Part shown: positions 1 through 9,672 of the stretch, one piece after another
Numbering within the stretch: the stretch's first letter is position 1
How the letters are laid out: each line of letters begins with the position of its first letter
Notes under the pieces: generated by a model
Seen by the model: only the letters and a program-made list of their open reading frames with translations
Told to the model about the DNA's origin: nothing
The model's database searches: none
DNA from: Nitrospiraceae bacterium
Lineage (GTDB): Bacteria; Nitrospirota; Nitrospiria; Nitrospirales; Nitrospiraceae
Length of the DNA stretch: 64,000 bases
Assembly: GCA_051293815.1 (NCBI GenBank)
Contig: JBPKLU010000003.1
Coordinates: forward strand, 327,426 to 391,425
Reading direction: 5' to 3'
Made by a program: the position numbers and the translations under genes

Positions 1-1025
1 TCGACCCGTGGCATATCCGGCTCGGCAGCTAAAATTTCACCGATCTGGTACGCAGGATCTCCCAGTTGCACGGCGCGGGCAATCACTCCTTCGGCGGCCG
101 CTTGCGGCAGGATCAGCATCAGCCCAATCCCCATGTTGAACACGCGATACATCTCGTCCCGATCGATGCGCCCGCGTTCCTGAATCGCTCCAAAAATCGC
201 CGGTACTGGCCAAGCCCCACGCCGGATCCTCGCCCGGCATCCCTTGGGCAACACCCGCGGCAGATTCTCGGTGATCCCACCCCCCGTGATGTGCGCCATG
301 CCCTTGATGGGAAACTCGCGCGCAAGCGTCAGGAGCTGCCTGGCATAGATGCGCGTCGGCGTCAGCAGCACCTCGCCAAGTGGTTGCGTCAATTCGGGCA
401 GACGGCTGTCCACCTTCAACCCGCATTCATCCAGCAATACACGCCGTACCAGCGCATACCCGTTGCTGTGCAGCCCTGTGGACGCCAACCCGACCAGCAC
501 GTCGCCGGGAACAATGTCTCTTCCGTCGATCAATTTCGGTCGATCGACCACCCCGACCGCAAAGCCGGCCAGATCGTATTCCTCTTCTGCGTAAAAGGAC
601 GGCATTTCGGCAGTCTCCCCGCCGATCAACGCACAGCCTGCCTGCCGACACCCTTCTGCGATGCCACGCACGATCGCTTCGGCTTTCGCCACGTTGAGTT
701 TCCCAGTCGCCAGATAATCGAGGAAAAAAAGCGGCTCGGCGCCGCTGACCGCGACGTCGTTCACGCACATGGCGACCAGATCGATGCCAACCGTATCGTG
801 GCGGTCCATCAAAAATGCGATCTTGAGCTTGGTCCCGACACCGTCGGTCCCCGAGACCAACACTGGGTCCGTATACCTCTCGGCCTGGAAACGGAACAGT
901 CCCCCGAACCCGCCCAGATTGGTCAACACTTCCGGCCGAAAGGTGGAACGCGCGAGCGGCGTGATCCGGCGCACGAACTCGTTGCCGGCTTCGATGTCCA
1001 CTCCGGCTTGGCGGTAGGTCGTCAT
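1..1025 (-). CDS. purM: phosphoribosylformylglycinamidine cyclo-ligase (AIR synthetase), C-terminal end cut by window edge
   Basis: Manual minus-strand translation from ATG at 1025-1023 gives [21 protein letters not shown]...[14 protein letters not shown]...GGETAEMP...[10 protein letters not shown], typical PurM. It is missing from the ORF track because it runs off the window. Confidence 0.9.
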   Translation of the reverse strand, partial: MTTYRQAGVDIEAGNEFVRRITPLARSTFRPEVLTNLGGFGGLFRFQAERYTDPVLVSGTDGVGTKLKIAFLMDRHDTVGIDLVAMCVNDVAVSGAEPLFFLDYLATGKLNVAKAEAIVRGIAEGCRQAGCALIGGETAEMPSFYAEEEYDLAGFAVGVVDRPKLIDGRDIVPGDVLVGLASTGLHSNGYALVRRVLLDECGLKVDSRLPELTQPLGEVLLTPTRIYARQLLTLAREFPIKGMAHITGGGITENLPRVLPKGCRARIRRGAWPVPAIFGAIQERGRIDRDEMYRVFNMGIGLMLILPQAAAEGVIARAVQLGDPAYQIGEILAAEPDMPRV

Positions 1026-1119
1026 GAGGAAGCGCATCTTAGCGGAGGGATGCCGAGGTGGTCAACGCACGAAAACCGCCGCCCACCGCCTCGCACTCGC
1101 CGCACGCAACCTCACCCCT

Positions 1120-2469
1120 TCATTCCGCCGTTCCCGCGGCCACAACGGCGGTCGCGCTTGGACACGTGCCACGAGCCAACTCCACGAGCGTTTCCAAGTG
1201 GGCGGTCTGGGGAAACATATCGAAGGGCTGGACCCGGACGATCCGATAGCCGCTGGCGCAGAGGCGGGCCAAGTCACGGGCCAAGGTGGGGGGATCACAG
1301 GAGAGGTATAGCAGCCGAGTCGCACCGAGACGCACCAGTCCTTGCACACAGGCTTCACTCAACCCGGTGCGCGGCGGATCGACCAACGCCACGTCATATT
1401 CGCCGGGATGCACCGTCTCCAAAAACGCTTCAGCCGACTCGCAGCGGAACCGGCACCGGCCAACGTGGTTGGCTCTCGCCGCACGGCGCGCATCGGCCAT
1501 TGCCCGGGGGTTCCCTTCCACCAGCGTTACCAGGGCCCCACGCCGCGCGATCGACAACCCGAGCGTGCCGATCCCGGCAAACAATTCGAGCACGCGCAGC
1601 CCCGGCGACGGCGCCGCCCACTCGGCGACCGTCTGCACAAGTTTCTCATTCAGTGCCCAGTTGGCCTGCATAAACGACCGATCGCCGATCCGGAACATCA
1701 ACCCGCCGAGTCGATCGGCAATCCAATCCTGACCGGTCACCCATCGCGTTCCACTCCGGCTGACGACGATCTGGCCGACCACGTTCAGGCCGTTGCCCCA
1801 CAGATCCCAGAGTTCGCAAGCCTGCTCCCGTGTTGCCGAGCGGGTATGCCAGACCAGCAGAATCGAACCGAATGCAACCGAATATTTGACCTCTAGTGCC
1901 TCCAGCCGCACTGGCAAGCTCCGCTGAGCGGCCAACCCCTCGCGCACCCGCGCGACAAGGCGACGAACCGGATCCGGCACCAGCAGGCAACACGACGCTT
2001 CGACCGGCTCATGCGAGCCTTCCTGATGGAAGCCGAGTGCAAACCCATGTCGCTGACGAAACACGGTGAAGCGAACTGAACTGCGGTACCCATACGGGTT
2101 CGGCGAGGGCACAACCAGCGCGATATCCTCGACCTGCAACTTTCCCACCCGGCTCAGGGTCTCCCGCAGCATTTCGCGCTTCAGCTCGATCTGTGCTTCG
2201 TAGCGGATATGCTGCAGTTGGCATCCCCCGCACGTCGCATAGACCGGGCACGGCGGCTCGACCCGATCTGGCGACGCCCGCAGGACCTCGTTGATCACCC
2301 CCTCCCGATACCCCCTCCTCAACGCCCCCTCGGTAACCGCCACAATCTCCATCGGAATCGCCCCGCGCACGAACAAGACTTGTCCCGCGTGCCGTGCCAG
2401 TCCCTTTCCACCCTGCACCAATTTTTCAATGGTGACGGTCATCGGTTTGTGAATCACCAAATTTCCCAT
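1120..2469 (-). CDS. rlmD: 23S rRNA (uracil-5-)-methyltransferase, RumA/RlmD family (TRAM + Fe-S Cys cluster + SAM methyltransferase)
   Basis: 449-aa ORF. N-terminal TRAM-like segment (IEKLVQGGKGLARHAGQVLFVRGAIPME), Cys cluster CPVYATCGGCQLQH, and SAM-binding LELFAGIGTLG with C-terminal YLSCDPPTLARD. Confidence 0.85.
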   Translation of the reverse strand: MGNLVIHKPMTVTIEKLVQGGKGLARHAGQVLFVRGAIPMEIVAVTEGALRRGYREGVINEVLRASPDRVEPPCPVYATCGGCQLQHIRYEAQIELKREMLRETLSRVGKLQVEDIALVVPSPNPYGYRSSVRFTVFRQRHGFALGFHQEGSHEPVEASCCLLVPDPVRRLVARVREGLAAQRSLPVRLEALEVKYSVAFGSILLVWHTRSATREQACELWDLWGNGLNVVGQIVVSRSGTRWVTGQDWIADRLGGLMFRIGDRSFMQANWALNEKLVQTVAEWAAPSPGLRVLELFAGIGTLGLSIARRGALVTLVEGNPRAMADARRAARANHVGRCRFRCESAEAFLETVHPGEYDVALVDPPRTGLSEACVQGLVRLGATRLLYLSCDPPTLARDLARLCASGYRIVRVQPFDMFPQTAHLETLVELARGTCPSATAVVAAGTAE

Positions 2470-2819
2470 ACGCCTCTTCGTTTCGCCGGCTCATTCCCTC
2501 TTTACGACCCAACCAAGTTTGGTAACCAGCGATGGCAATCGGGGAAAAGTGTGCAACCCGACTTAGGTTGGTATACAGACGACCTCTTCCCACCTTCTAT
2601 TCCACCGAGAATAGGCCGGGCTGCTGCAGCGAGCATCGAGCCGTTCTGGGTTTCGATGTTACCGAGTTGACGCGGACGGCCAAAGGCCGACGGCGAGCAC
2701 TGTCCGAAGCGGCGTTCGCGCACGGCACGGAAAGTAGCGCATTCCGCAGCCACGCAGAAAGGAGGCTTACAGCGATCCCAAACGGCTCTGGCTTCAAGCG
2801 GAAGCAGCCCAGCCTGTCC

Positions 2820-4211
2820 TCAGCCTTCCGGCCGCATCTCCACATCGAGCAACTTGATTTTCCGATGCAGGTGGCTGCGTTCGATTTTGAGGTCGTCGGC
2901 GGTGCGGGAGATGTTCCAGTTGTGCTCGCGCAGCTTCCGGGTAATGTACTCCTTTTCGAAGGCGTTCCGCGCGTCGCGGAGCGAGTCATACTGTTTGGTG
3001 AGCAACGACCCGGCTGAAGCAGCGGCTGGAGCCACCGTGGCGGCAGGGCGGGGGTGCAAGGACATCGCGACGTGCGACGCCTCGATCACGTGGCCAGGCA
3101 CCATGATCAGCAGTCGCTCGATCAAATTGCGGAGCTCCCGAATATTGCCGGGCCATTCGTATTGCATGAGCAAGTCCATCGCCTCAGGAGAGACCTGCTT
3201 CGCTTTGAGCCCCTGTTCCTCCGCATTCAGGTGCATGAAATGCCGCACGAGCAACGGAATATCTTCCCGGCGCTCGCGGAGCGGCGGCACCTCAACGGGA
3301 ACGACGTTCAACCGGTAGAACAAGTCCTCCCGAAACGTTCCCTTTTCGATTTCTTTGGGCAAGTTCTTGTTGGACGCGGCCAACACCCGCACATCGACCT
3401 TCAGCACCTTCGTCCCACCCACACGGGTGAATTGCTGTTCCTGCAGTACGCGCAACACCTTCGCCTGCGTGCTGAGACTCATGTCGCCGATCTCGTCGAG
3501 GAACAGGGTACCGCCGTCGGCCTGTTCGAACTGCCCGCGTTTCATCGAAATGGCCCCGCTGAATGCCCCTTTTTCATGGCCGAACAGCTCGCTTTCGATC
3601 AACGTTTCGGGAATTGCCGCGCAATTTACGGCGACGAAGGGCCGGTCCGCGCGCGGGCTCTGTTGATGAATAGCGCGGGCCACCAACTCCTTCCCTGTCC
3701 CGTTTTCGCCGGAGATCAAGACACGGCTGTTAGTCGGCCCCGCGGTCGCGATCAATTGGCGGAGCCGCTGCATAGCCGGCGACGTGCCGACCAGCTCAAA
3801 CCGCTTTTCGACCTTGATTCGGAGGCTGAGGTTCTCTTGTTCAAGCCGGTGCTGATCCAGCGCGTGCCTGACGCGAAGCGTCACGTTCTCCAGCGACAGC
3901 GGCTTCTCGATGTAATCGTAGGCGCCCAGTTTGATCGCTTTGACCGCGGTCTCGATAGACCCGTGGCCCGACATCATCATCACCATCGCCTGCGGCGCCA
4001 GCTCCCGGACACGCCTCAACGTCTCGAGCCCGTCCATCTCGGGCATCCAAATGTCCAGCAACATGAGATCCGGCGGATCCGTAGCGAAGATCTTGAGCGC
4101 CTCGGAGCCGCTCTTCGCCACAACCACCTCGTAGCCTTCGTCTTCCAGAATGCTGCTCAGCGAATTCAGGATAGAGACTTCATCATCCACGATCAAAATC
4201 GTCGCCGACAT
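2820..4211 (-). CDS. ntrX: sigma-54-dependent response regulator (receiver + AAA+ + Fis-type HTH), NtrX/NtrC family
   Basis: ILIVDDE receiver domain, GENGTGKELVARAIH Walker A, GAFSGA sigma-54 contact motif and a C-terminal HTH. Start moved to the ATG at 4211 (MSATILIV), which follows a GAGG RBS; the ORF track starts at 4253. Confidence 0.85.
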   Translation of the reverse strand: MSATILIVDDEVSILNSLSSILEDEGYEVVVAKSGSEALKIFATDPPDLMLLDIWMPEMDGLETLRRVRELAPQAMVMMMSGHGSIETAVKAIKLGAYDYIEKPLSLENVTLRVRHALDQHRLEQENLSLRIKVEKRFELVGTSPAMQRLRQLIATAGPTNSRVLISGENGTGKELVARAIHQQSPRADRPFVAVNCAAIPETLIESELFGHEKGAFSGAISMKRGQFEQADGGTLFLDEIGDMSLSTQAKVLRVLQEQQFTRVGGTKVLKVDVRVLAASNKNLPKEIEKGTFREDLFYRLNVVPVEVPPLRERREDIPLLVRHFMHLNAEEQGLKAKQVSPEAMDLLMQYEWPGNIRELRNLIERLLIMVPGHVIEASHVAMSLHPRPAATVAPAAASAGSLLTKQYDSLRDARNAFEKEYITRKLREHNWNISRTADDLKIERSHLHRKIKLLDVEMRPEG

Positions 4212-4327
4212 TGCTACCTCATTACACGTCACGCGGGACCCGCGACATGTCACGAACGAGAATGACGGGGCCTTCTCGGCCGGATCGGCCTACCGCCCGT
4301 CACGTTCTCTGCCGCATGCCACTGGTT

Positions 4328-6688
4328 CTACACTGGCAATTCGAACGTAAACACCGCCCCTTTGGGTTGGTTGTGACTCGCTTTGATCTGCCCTTCATGA
4401 TCCGTGATGATGCGGTGCACGATGGCCAAGCCCAACCCTGTCCCGGTTTTTTTGCGCGAAAAGTACGGCACGAATAATTTGTCCTGATCCTCGGGTGCAA
4501 TTCCCACGCCCTCATCGGCCACACTCACGACCGCTCGGCGCCGCTTGATGTCGTAGCGAGTCGAGACCCAGAGCCGGCCCTTCTGATTCATGGCCTGCAC
4601 GGCGTTATCGAACAGGTTTACGAACACCCGTTTGATCTGCTCGTAATCAAAATTGAGTATCGGAAGATCGTCGTCCAGACTCAGCACGAACTCCACGTCG
4701 CGATGGGCTCCCTGATAGAGGGTGACCACTTCTCTGATCACGTCATGGAGCGACCCCGGCACCAGGCGCGGCGCCGGCATCCGAGCGAACTTGGAAAATT
4801 CGTCTACCATCTGTTTGAGACTGGCGACCTCATTGACGATTACTTGGGTGGACTCGTCGAGGATCCGATCGAAGTCCGGCGCCTTGTCGAAGAATTTCTT
4901 CCGTAGCCGCTGGGCCGACAATTGGATCGGCGTCAGCGGATTCTTGATCTCGTGGGCGACCCGTTGCGCGACTTCCTGCCAGGCGGCCGCCTTTTGGGCC
5001 TTGATCAATTCAGTCAGGTCCTCGAATACCAACACGAAGCCCAGGTCCTTGTTGGCTTCGTCCCGCATCCGCGAGCAGCTCAGTCCAATGGTGAGAAATT
5101 TGCCCTGCACCTCCACCTGTCCTTCGATCGCCAGATTGTCCCGTTGATCGGCCAGCATCCGGTCGTACACCGTTTGAAACAGATCCAGCCCAAATTCCTT
5201 GAAGGCTTCGTTGGCCGGACGGCCGCGGAACCGATCTCCCCACAGACCGAGAATGCGCTCGGCCGACGGATTGAAGGTCGTGATGATCCCATGGCGGTCG
5301 ATCGATAGCAGACCGGCCGCAATTGTATCCACCACGGTCTCGATGTAGGCGCGCCGGCGATCGAGCTCAAGGTTCGACTGGCGGAGCGAGATGTTGGCCT
5401 CTTCGAGTTTCGACTTGCTGAACCGCAGATCCTCGGTCATTCGGTTGAACGAATCCACCAACGTACCGATCTCGTCGGCGGCCTTGACCTGGATGTTGAC
5501 GTTCAAGTCCCCCTGTGCGATGGCCTCGGTCGCCTCGGCCAGCCGTTGGATCGGCACTGTAATGCCGCGCGCCACATAGAAGCCGAACCAGGTCGCGCCG
5601 AATAGAATCAGGACCGTGATGACGGCGACAAAGAGGTACGCGCCTGCCTTAATAGGATTTTTCATCGCCTTGAGCTGTTTGTACTCGGCGTACTGCCGGC
5701 TAATGCCTTCCATTTTGGCCAACAGCGATTCCGGCACGTAGGCGTCCACCACGACCACGCCATCGATCTCGCCGCGGCGAGTGTTCGAGGCGATGGGCAC
5801 CCCCGCGCGGATCAGCCGTCCGTTCTGCGCTTCCTGCACGGACGTGAGCTCATGTTTTTCGTTCAGCACCTGCAGGACCAGTTGGCCGATCGGCAAATCC
5901 AGCACCATCGCAGGCACATCCGGACTGAGGGCCTTGGTGAGGGTCTCCAGCTTGGCGGAAAAGACCTCGACGCCGGCGACATTGTATTCCAGCCGCTTGC
6001 GTGCCATCGTTGCCACCAGGAGATCACGTTGCTCGTGCGTCAGCAGGTCTTCCCGGTAAATTTCGTGGCTGATAGCTCGTGCGCTGTTCACCGCCAAGGC
6101 GATGTGGCCCGCATGATGCATGCTCGCCACTTCGTAGGAATCTTTCATCACGCGCTCGATCTGATCGCTGAACCACACATCCACCGCCTTGTTCACTAAC
6201 CCACTTGCCACGAACGCCAGGAGCACGGTCGGGATCAGCGAAAAGCCGATGAACGCCGCGACCAGCTTGGCGCGGAAGCCCGATCCCGCCAGCCGGTGCC
6301 GGCGTTCGAAATAGGTTTTGATCAGGTTGCGCGAGAGCAACAGAACCAGCACAACCAGGCCGATCAGATCAAGATTGATCAACAACAGCACGAAGGCGTA
6401 CCCGGCACTGGGCAGAAACGAACCGGAGTCGGCAGCACCTGGCACGTACTGGGAGTAGTAGACCGTGAGAATCAGGCAGGGAATGAGAAGAATCAAAACA
6501 ATCCACACCGGCCGCAAGTGCCTTATGCGGCGATCCGGCTCGGCAGAAGTTGCTGGTGCCAGGCCGATTGGGCGGATAGCCGCCTTTGCGCCGCCCGCAG
6601 ACGGCCTGGCCTCACCCGGCTGATCGCCAGAATGTTTCAGCGCCGCGACCGGCGTGTCGAGCTTGCCGACTTCAAGCGGTTCTGACAT
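4328..6688 (-). CDS. ntrY: membrane sensor histidine kinase (TM region-HAMP-PAS-HisKA-HATPase), NtrY-like
   Basis: 786 aa. N-terminal TM helices, a HAMP region (IQRLAEATEAIAQGDLN), a PAS segment, H-box HEIKNPLTPIQLSAQRL and G-box GTGLGLAIV. It sits directly upstream of the NtrX-like regulator. Confidence 0.8.
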   Translation of the reverse strand: MSEPLEVGKLDTPVAALKHSGDQPGEARPSAGGAKAAIRPIGLAPATSAEPDRRIRHLRPVWIVLILLIPCLILTVYYSQYVPGAADSGSFLPSAGYAFVLLLINLDLIGLVVLVLLLSRNLIKTYFERRHRLAGSGFRAKLVAAFIGFSLIPTVLLAFVASGLVNKAVDVWFSDQIERVMKDSYEVASMHHAGHIALAVNSARAISHEIYREDLLTHEQRDLLVATMARKRLEYNVAGVEVFSAKLETLTKALSPDVPAMVLDLPIGQLVLQVLNEKHELTSVQEAQNGRLIRAGVPIASNTRRGEIDGVVVVDAYVPESLLAKMEGISRQYAEYKQLKAMKNPIKAGAYLFVAVITVLILFGATWFGFYVARGITVPIQRLAEATEAIAQGDLNVNIQVKAADEIGTLVDSFNRMTEDLRFSKSKLEEANISLRQSNLELDRRRAYIETVVDTIAAGLLSIDRHGIITTFNPSAERILGLWGDRFRGRPANEAFKEFGLDLFQTVYDRMLADQRDNLAIEGQVEVQGKFLTIGLSCSRMRDEANKDLGFVLVFEDLTELIKAQKAAAWQEVAQRVAHEIKNPLTPIQLSAQRLRKKFFDKAPDFDRILDESTQVIVNEVASLKQMVDEFSKFARMPAPRLVPGSLHDVIREVVTLYQGAHRDVEFVLSLDDDLPILNFDYEQIKRVFVNLFDNAVQAMNQKGRLWVSTRYDIKRRRAVVSVADEGVGIAPEDQDKLFVPYFSRKKTGTGLGLAIVHRIITDHEGQIKASHNQPKGAVFTFELPV

Positions 6689-6859
6689 CCGACCCTCGTG
6701 ACGGTTCCTGCATACGGCTACGTCACTGTAGCGAATTCACCGCCGAGTCTCAAAAGCTCTTCGTCAAACCGCGACAGGCCCCAAACCAGCGTCCGGCACG
6801 ACGACGAGGAAGGGCAAAACCTCACGAAAGAAGCCGGCGACCGGGATGAACCTCGGCGT

Positions 6860-7297
6860 TTACGGCGTGTGGATCGCGTGCTTGCCCGTCGCCAACTCGA
6901 CGTACTTCATGCGCAGGGCGTAGAGCATCTCGCTCAGCACCCCCTGCTCCTCCGCAGTCAGGTTGCCCTTTGTTTTGACTTCCAGAACGGATAGGAGATC
7001 GATGATCTCTTTGGCTTGCGGCAGGTTGATCGGAATCTTTTGCTGCTGAGGATCCACCTGTTCGCCCATCAGCATAAAGGCGGACGTACCGAGGGAGATG
7101 ACGAAGGATGAAAACGTGACGGGAACGTTTGACCCGGACGATTGTCCCGCAGTCGGCGCAGACGCACCTGTCGAACGGGCTTCCGACGCGGTATCGGCCT
7201 GACCGGCGGGCGCGGATTCTTCCGAACTCCCCCTCCCCCGGCGATCTCGAATGACAAAGCCTCTCTCCTCCGCTCCGCTCATCGTCGCCACCGTCAT
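6860..7297 (-). CDS. DUF1844-like small protein
   Basis: C-terminal FSSFVISLGTSAFMLMGE...NLPQAKEIIDLLSVLEVKTKGNLTAEEQGVLSEMLYALRMKYVE matches my recollection of DUF1844. Start chosen at the internal ATG 7297 (or 7282), because the upstream part of the 222-aa track ORF looks non-coding. Confidence 0.6.
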   Translation of the reverse strand: MTVATMSGAEERGFVIRDRRGRGSSEESAPAGQADTASEARSTGASAPTAGQSSGSNVPVTFSSFVISLGTSAFMLMGEQVDPQQQKIPINLPQAKEIIDLLSVLEVKTKGNLTAEEQGVLSEMLYALRMKYVELATGKHAIHTP

Positions 7298-7441
7298 CCA
7301 GGCAGAGAAAGTAGGACGTAAGCTATCACACGTTGAATTGGGGGCGCAAGCCGCAGACGGGCATTGAAGCAGCGATGGAAGCCGGTATATAAAATTGAAC
7401 GTGTATTGCCGTGCCTCCGCCGGCAGAGCAGGATCTGCGGT

Positions 7442-8323
7442 ATGTCGTACCGTTTCAGCAAGCTCGTGGAATTGATGGCCGCACTCCGGGCGCCGGACGG
7501 CTGCCCCTGGGACCGCAAGCAAACTCATGAGTCGTTGAAACCCTACCTCTTGGAAGAAGCGTACGAGGTTCTGGAAACCATCGATCGGCAGGACATGGTT
7601 AAGCTCAAAGAGGAGTTGGGAGACCTGTTGCTACAGGTCCTGTTTCACACCCAAATCGCGGCAGAAGCCGGTGCCTTCACGATCGAGGAAGTCATGCGGG
7701 AGCTGGCCGACAAGCTCGTCCGCCGCCATCCGCACGTCTTTGCCAAAAACCAACAGGGTCAAGCAGCGGTCGACGCCGATCAGGTGCTGAGCCGCTGGGA
7801 AGACATCAAGCGGGCTGAGCGCGAACAATCCGGAGAGGCACGTTCTGCCCTCGACGGCATACCCATCACCTTGCCGGCCCTGCTGCGGGCCTACCAGGTC
7901 CAGGCCAGAGCGTCGCGTCTCGGCTTCGATTGGCCGCACAATGCACAGGGGATCGAGCAGGTGCTCGACAAGATCGAGGAGGAAATCCGCGAACTGCGGG
8001 CCGAATTGGCTTCTCCGACCCGCGGCGATGCTCCGTCCTCACCTGAGAGTGTTGGGACCGCGCCGCCTGAGGCCGTGGCGATGGAGTTCGGAGACATCTT
8101 GTTCGCGCTGGTGAACCTGGCCCGTCTGCTCAACGTCAATCCCGAAGACTCACTGCGGCGAGCCACGAACCGGTTTTCGGCGAGATTTCGTCACATCGAG
8201 GCAGAGGCGACACGCCGGGGCCGGGCGCTCGGAGACCTCTCGCCCGACGAAATGGACGCGCTGTGGGAGGAAGCCAAACACCACGAAGCGAAAACGGCCG
8301 TCCGACCGGATGCCGGATCGTGA
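7442..8323 (+). CDS. mazG: nucleoside triphosphate pyrophosphohydrolase MazG (tandem MazG domains)
   Basis: SKLVELMAALRAPDGCPWDRKQTHESLKPYLLEEAYEVLETID plus a second EEIRELR...EFGDILFALVNLAR domain. Start at ATG 7442. Confidence 0.9.
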   Translation: MSYRFSKLVELMAALRAPDGCPWDRKQTHESLKPYLLEEAYEVLETIDRQDMVKLKEELGDLLLQVLFHTQIAAEAGAFTIEEVMRELADKLVRRHPHVFAKNQQGQAAVDADQVLSRWEDIKRAEREQSGEARSALDGIPITLPALLRAYQVQARASRLGFDWPHNAQGIEQVLDKIEEEIRELRAELASPTRGDAPSSPESVGTAPPEAVAMEFGDILFALVNLARLLNVNPEDSLRRATNRFSARFRHIEAEATRRGRALGDLSPDEMDALWEEAKHHEAKTAVRPDAGS

Positions 8324-8349
8324 CGCCGCATCAGAACGCACAGTGACCT

Positions 8350-8967
8350 ATGAAGCGTGAGGAGAACTCCTACCAGGAAGGGAAACGCGCCGGCGTGCAT
8401 CCTCTTATCGTCGTCTTTGGCGTGATCTTTGGATTGTGGATATTCATCGCCCTCATCGTCCCGAGTTCCAAGCATAAACAAGCCGCGAACCCCGAACCGG
8501 TGCCGACCGCGATTCCCGATGACGCCGACGCTGCGCCGGTCCTCTTCAAAGTTCACGCCACGATTCCGGACATGAACGCTATCAGCATCGTGGTTCCCGC
8601 GCAGGCAACCACCAGCCAGATCGTCGGCTTGTTGAAACGGTTCCGCGATGCACGACTTTCCAACACCCTGTCGAACCTGTTGCCGCCGACCACGCCCGGC
8701 CACCAACTCGGCGATCACACCGTGGCGGACATTTACATCTTTTCCGACCCGAAATACGCGCAGCCTGATGCGGTGCGCGTGCTCGCCCGAGGCGCCCACG
8801 CCCCCGGCGAGCTGTACCCACGGGCGATCCCCTTCGAAGAGGCGATGGAGCAGGTCCGCGGCCACTATCGCATCAATCTGCACGACACGGGGCAGCCCGA
8901 CATCGCCTCGCTCGGTTTCGCGGATGAGTCGGGAGTCCATTCCAAGCACTACCGCCGCATCTTCTGA
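8350..8967 (+). CDS. hypothetical membrane-anchored protein
   Basis: 205-aa ORF with one N-terminal TM helix (HPLIVVFGVIFGLWIFIALIV). No domain I recognise. Confidence 0.5.
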   Translation: MKREENSYQEGKRAGVHPLIVVFGVIFGLWIFIALIVPSSKHKQAANPEPVPTAIPDDADAAPVLFKVHATIPDMNAISIVVPAQATTSQIVGLLKRFRDARLSNTLSNLLPPTTPGHQLGDHTVADIYIFSDPKYAQPDAVRVLARGAHAPGELYPRAIPFEEAMEQVRGHYRINLHDTGQPDIASLGFADESGVHSKHYRRIF

Positions 8968-9084
8968 TCCATGACTCCCGGCTTACTCCCAACAGAAAAA
9001 CCGGCTTTCAACGCACATGCTATCCCCAGTGCGTTTTGCCGTTTCTTGCTAACCTCGTCAGTTCCCTAGCTGAAAGTTTGTAAA

Positions 9085-9218
9085 CCACAAGATCTTGTGG
9101 GCCGAGCGTTAATCGGCCCAATGCCTAAAAGTTGGGCAGATTGCTCGCAGCCTCGCCGTTGCTGCGATTCCTCGCGTAGAAACTCGGTTATCCACATGGT
9201 TGTCCACAGATTCTGTGG
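9085..9218. promoter_or_regulatory. cluster of two related perfect palindromes and consensus or near-consensus DnaA boxes in a convergent intergenic gap
   Basis: CCACAAGATCTTGTGG (9085-9100), GGGCCGA/TCGGCCC hairpin (9099-9119), TTATCCACA (9188-9196), TTGTCCACA (9200-9208) and CCACAGATTCTGTGG (9204-9218). Confidence 0.35.
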
Positions 9219-9264
9219 GTTGATCCTCGATATGGGAATCGCCTCTTCGGAAGTGCGGATTCCG

Positions 9265-9672
9265 TTACAGACGGACCCGCTGCCGGATTTCCGCTTTGAG
9301 TGTCGCCTGCTCATCGTTGAGCCAGGCTTCCAGCCGCGGAAACAGATGGCCCAGGGGACCAGTGAAGGGACCGATCAACACGTCCTGGCGCTCCGACAAC
9401 ATGCCTTCCTGATCGGCGATGCGCAATTTCTGATCGGCGATGCGGCGGGTGAGCACCTGATTGAGCAGCAGTTGTTGTCCTGGACTGCCTGTAACCTGCC
9501 CCAGCAATTTGCTCTTGACATAGTCCAGTTCGTCAGCGATCGAGATCTTCACCCGGACGCCGAACGGGGTGGCCCAGGTCGGACGCTGGATCGCATAGTC
9601 ATAAGAGAAGACCGGTTCGCGCGGTTCCCGATAGGGACCGCTCACGTTCAGGATAGTCAGCGTGTTATCCAT
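9265..9672 (-). CDS. hypothetical protein, translationally coupled to hemY
   Basis: 135-aa ORF whose start overlaps the hemY stop by 8 nt. It contains an in-frame 21-bp tandem duplication (CTGATCGGCGATGCG at 9409-9423 and 9430-9444, giving RIADQKL/RIADQEG). Confidence 0.55.
   Translation of the reverse strand: MDNTLTILNVSGPYREPREPVFSYDYAIQRPTWATPFGVRVKISIADELDYVKSKLLGQVTGSPGQQLLLNQVLTRRIADQKLRIADQEGMLSERQDVLIGPFTGPLGHLFPRLEAWLNDEQATLKAEIRQRVRL

Noticed and set aside
66-1673. 535-aa plus-strand ORF spanning purM and the start of the rRNA methyltransferase region
   Set aside because: It is antisense to a clearly recognisable purM. Its Arg/Pro/Gly-rich low-complexity translation is typical of a high-GC shadow frame.
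2470-2819. Possible SRP (4.5S) RNA, because of a GGAAGCAGCC string near 2795-2805
   Set aside because: The surrounding sequence lacks the GNRA tetraloop and symmetric-loop context (…GGUCCGGAAGGAAGCAGCC…). The local hairpin GCTTC-AAGCG-GAAGC is more simply a terminator-like stem after ntrX. A 10-mer match can arise by chance.
8968-9264. Chromosomal replication origin (oriC)
   Set aside because: There are only two strong DnaA boxes, no adjacent AT-rich unwinding element, and no dnaA/dnaN nearby in the window. It is kept as a DnaA-box cluster finding, not an origin call.
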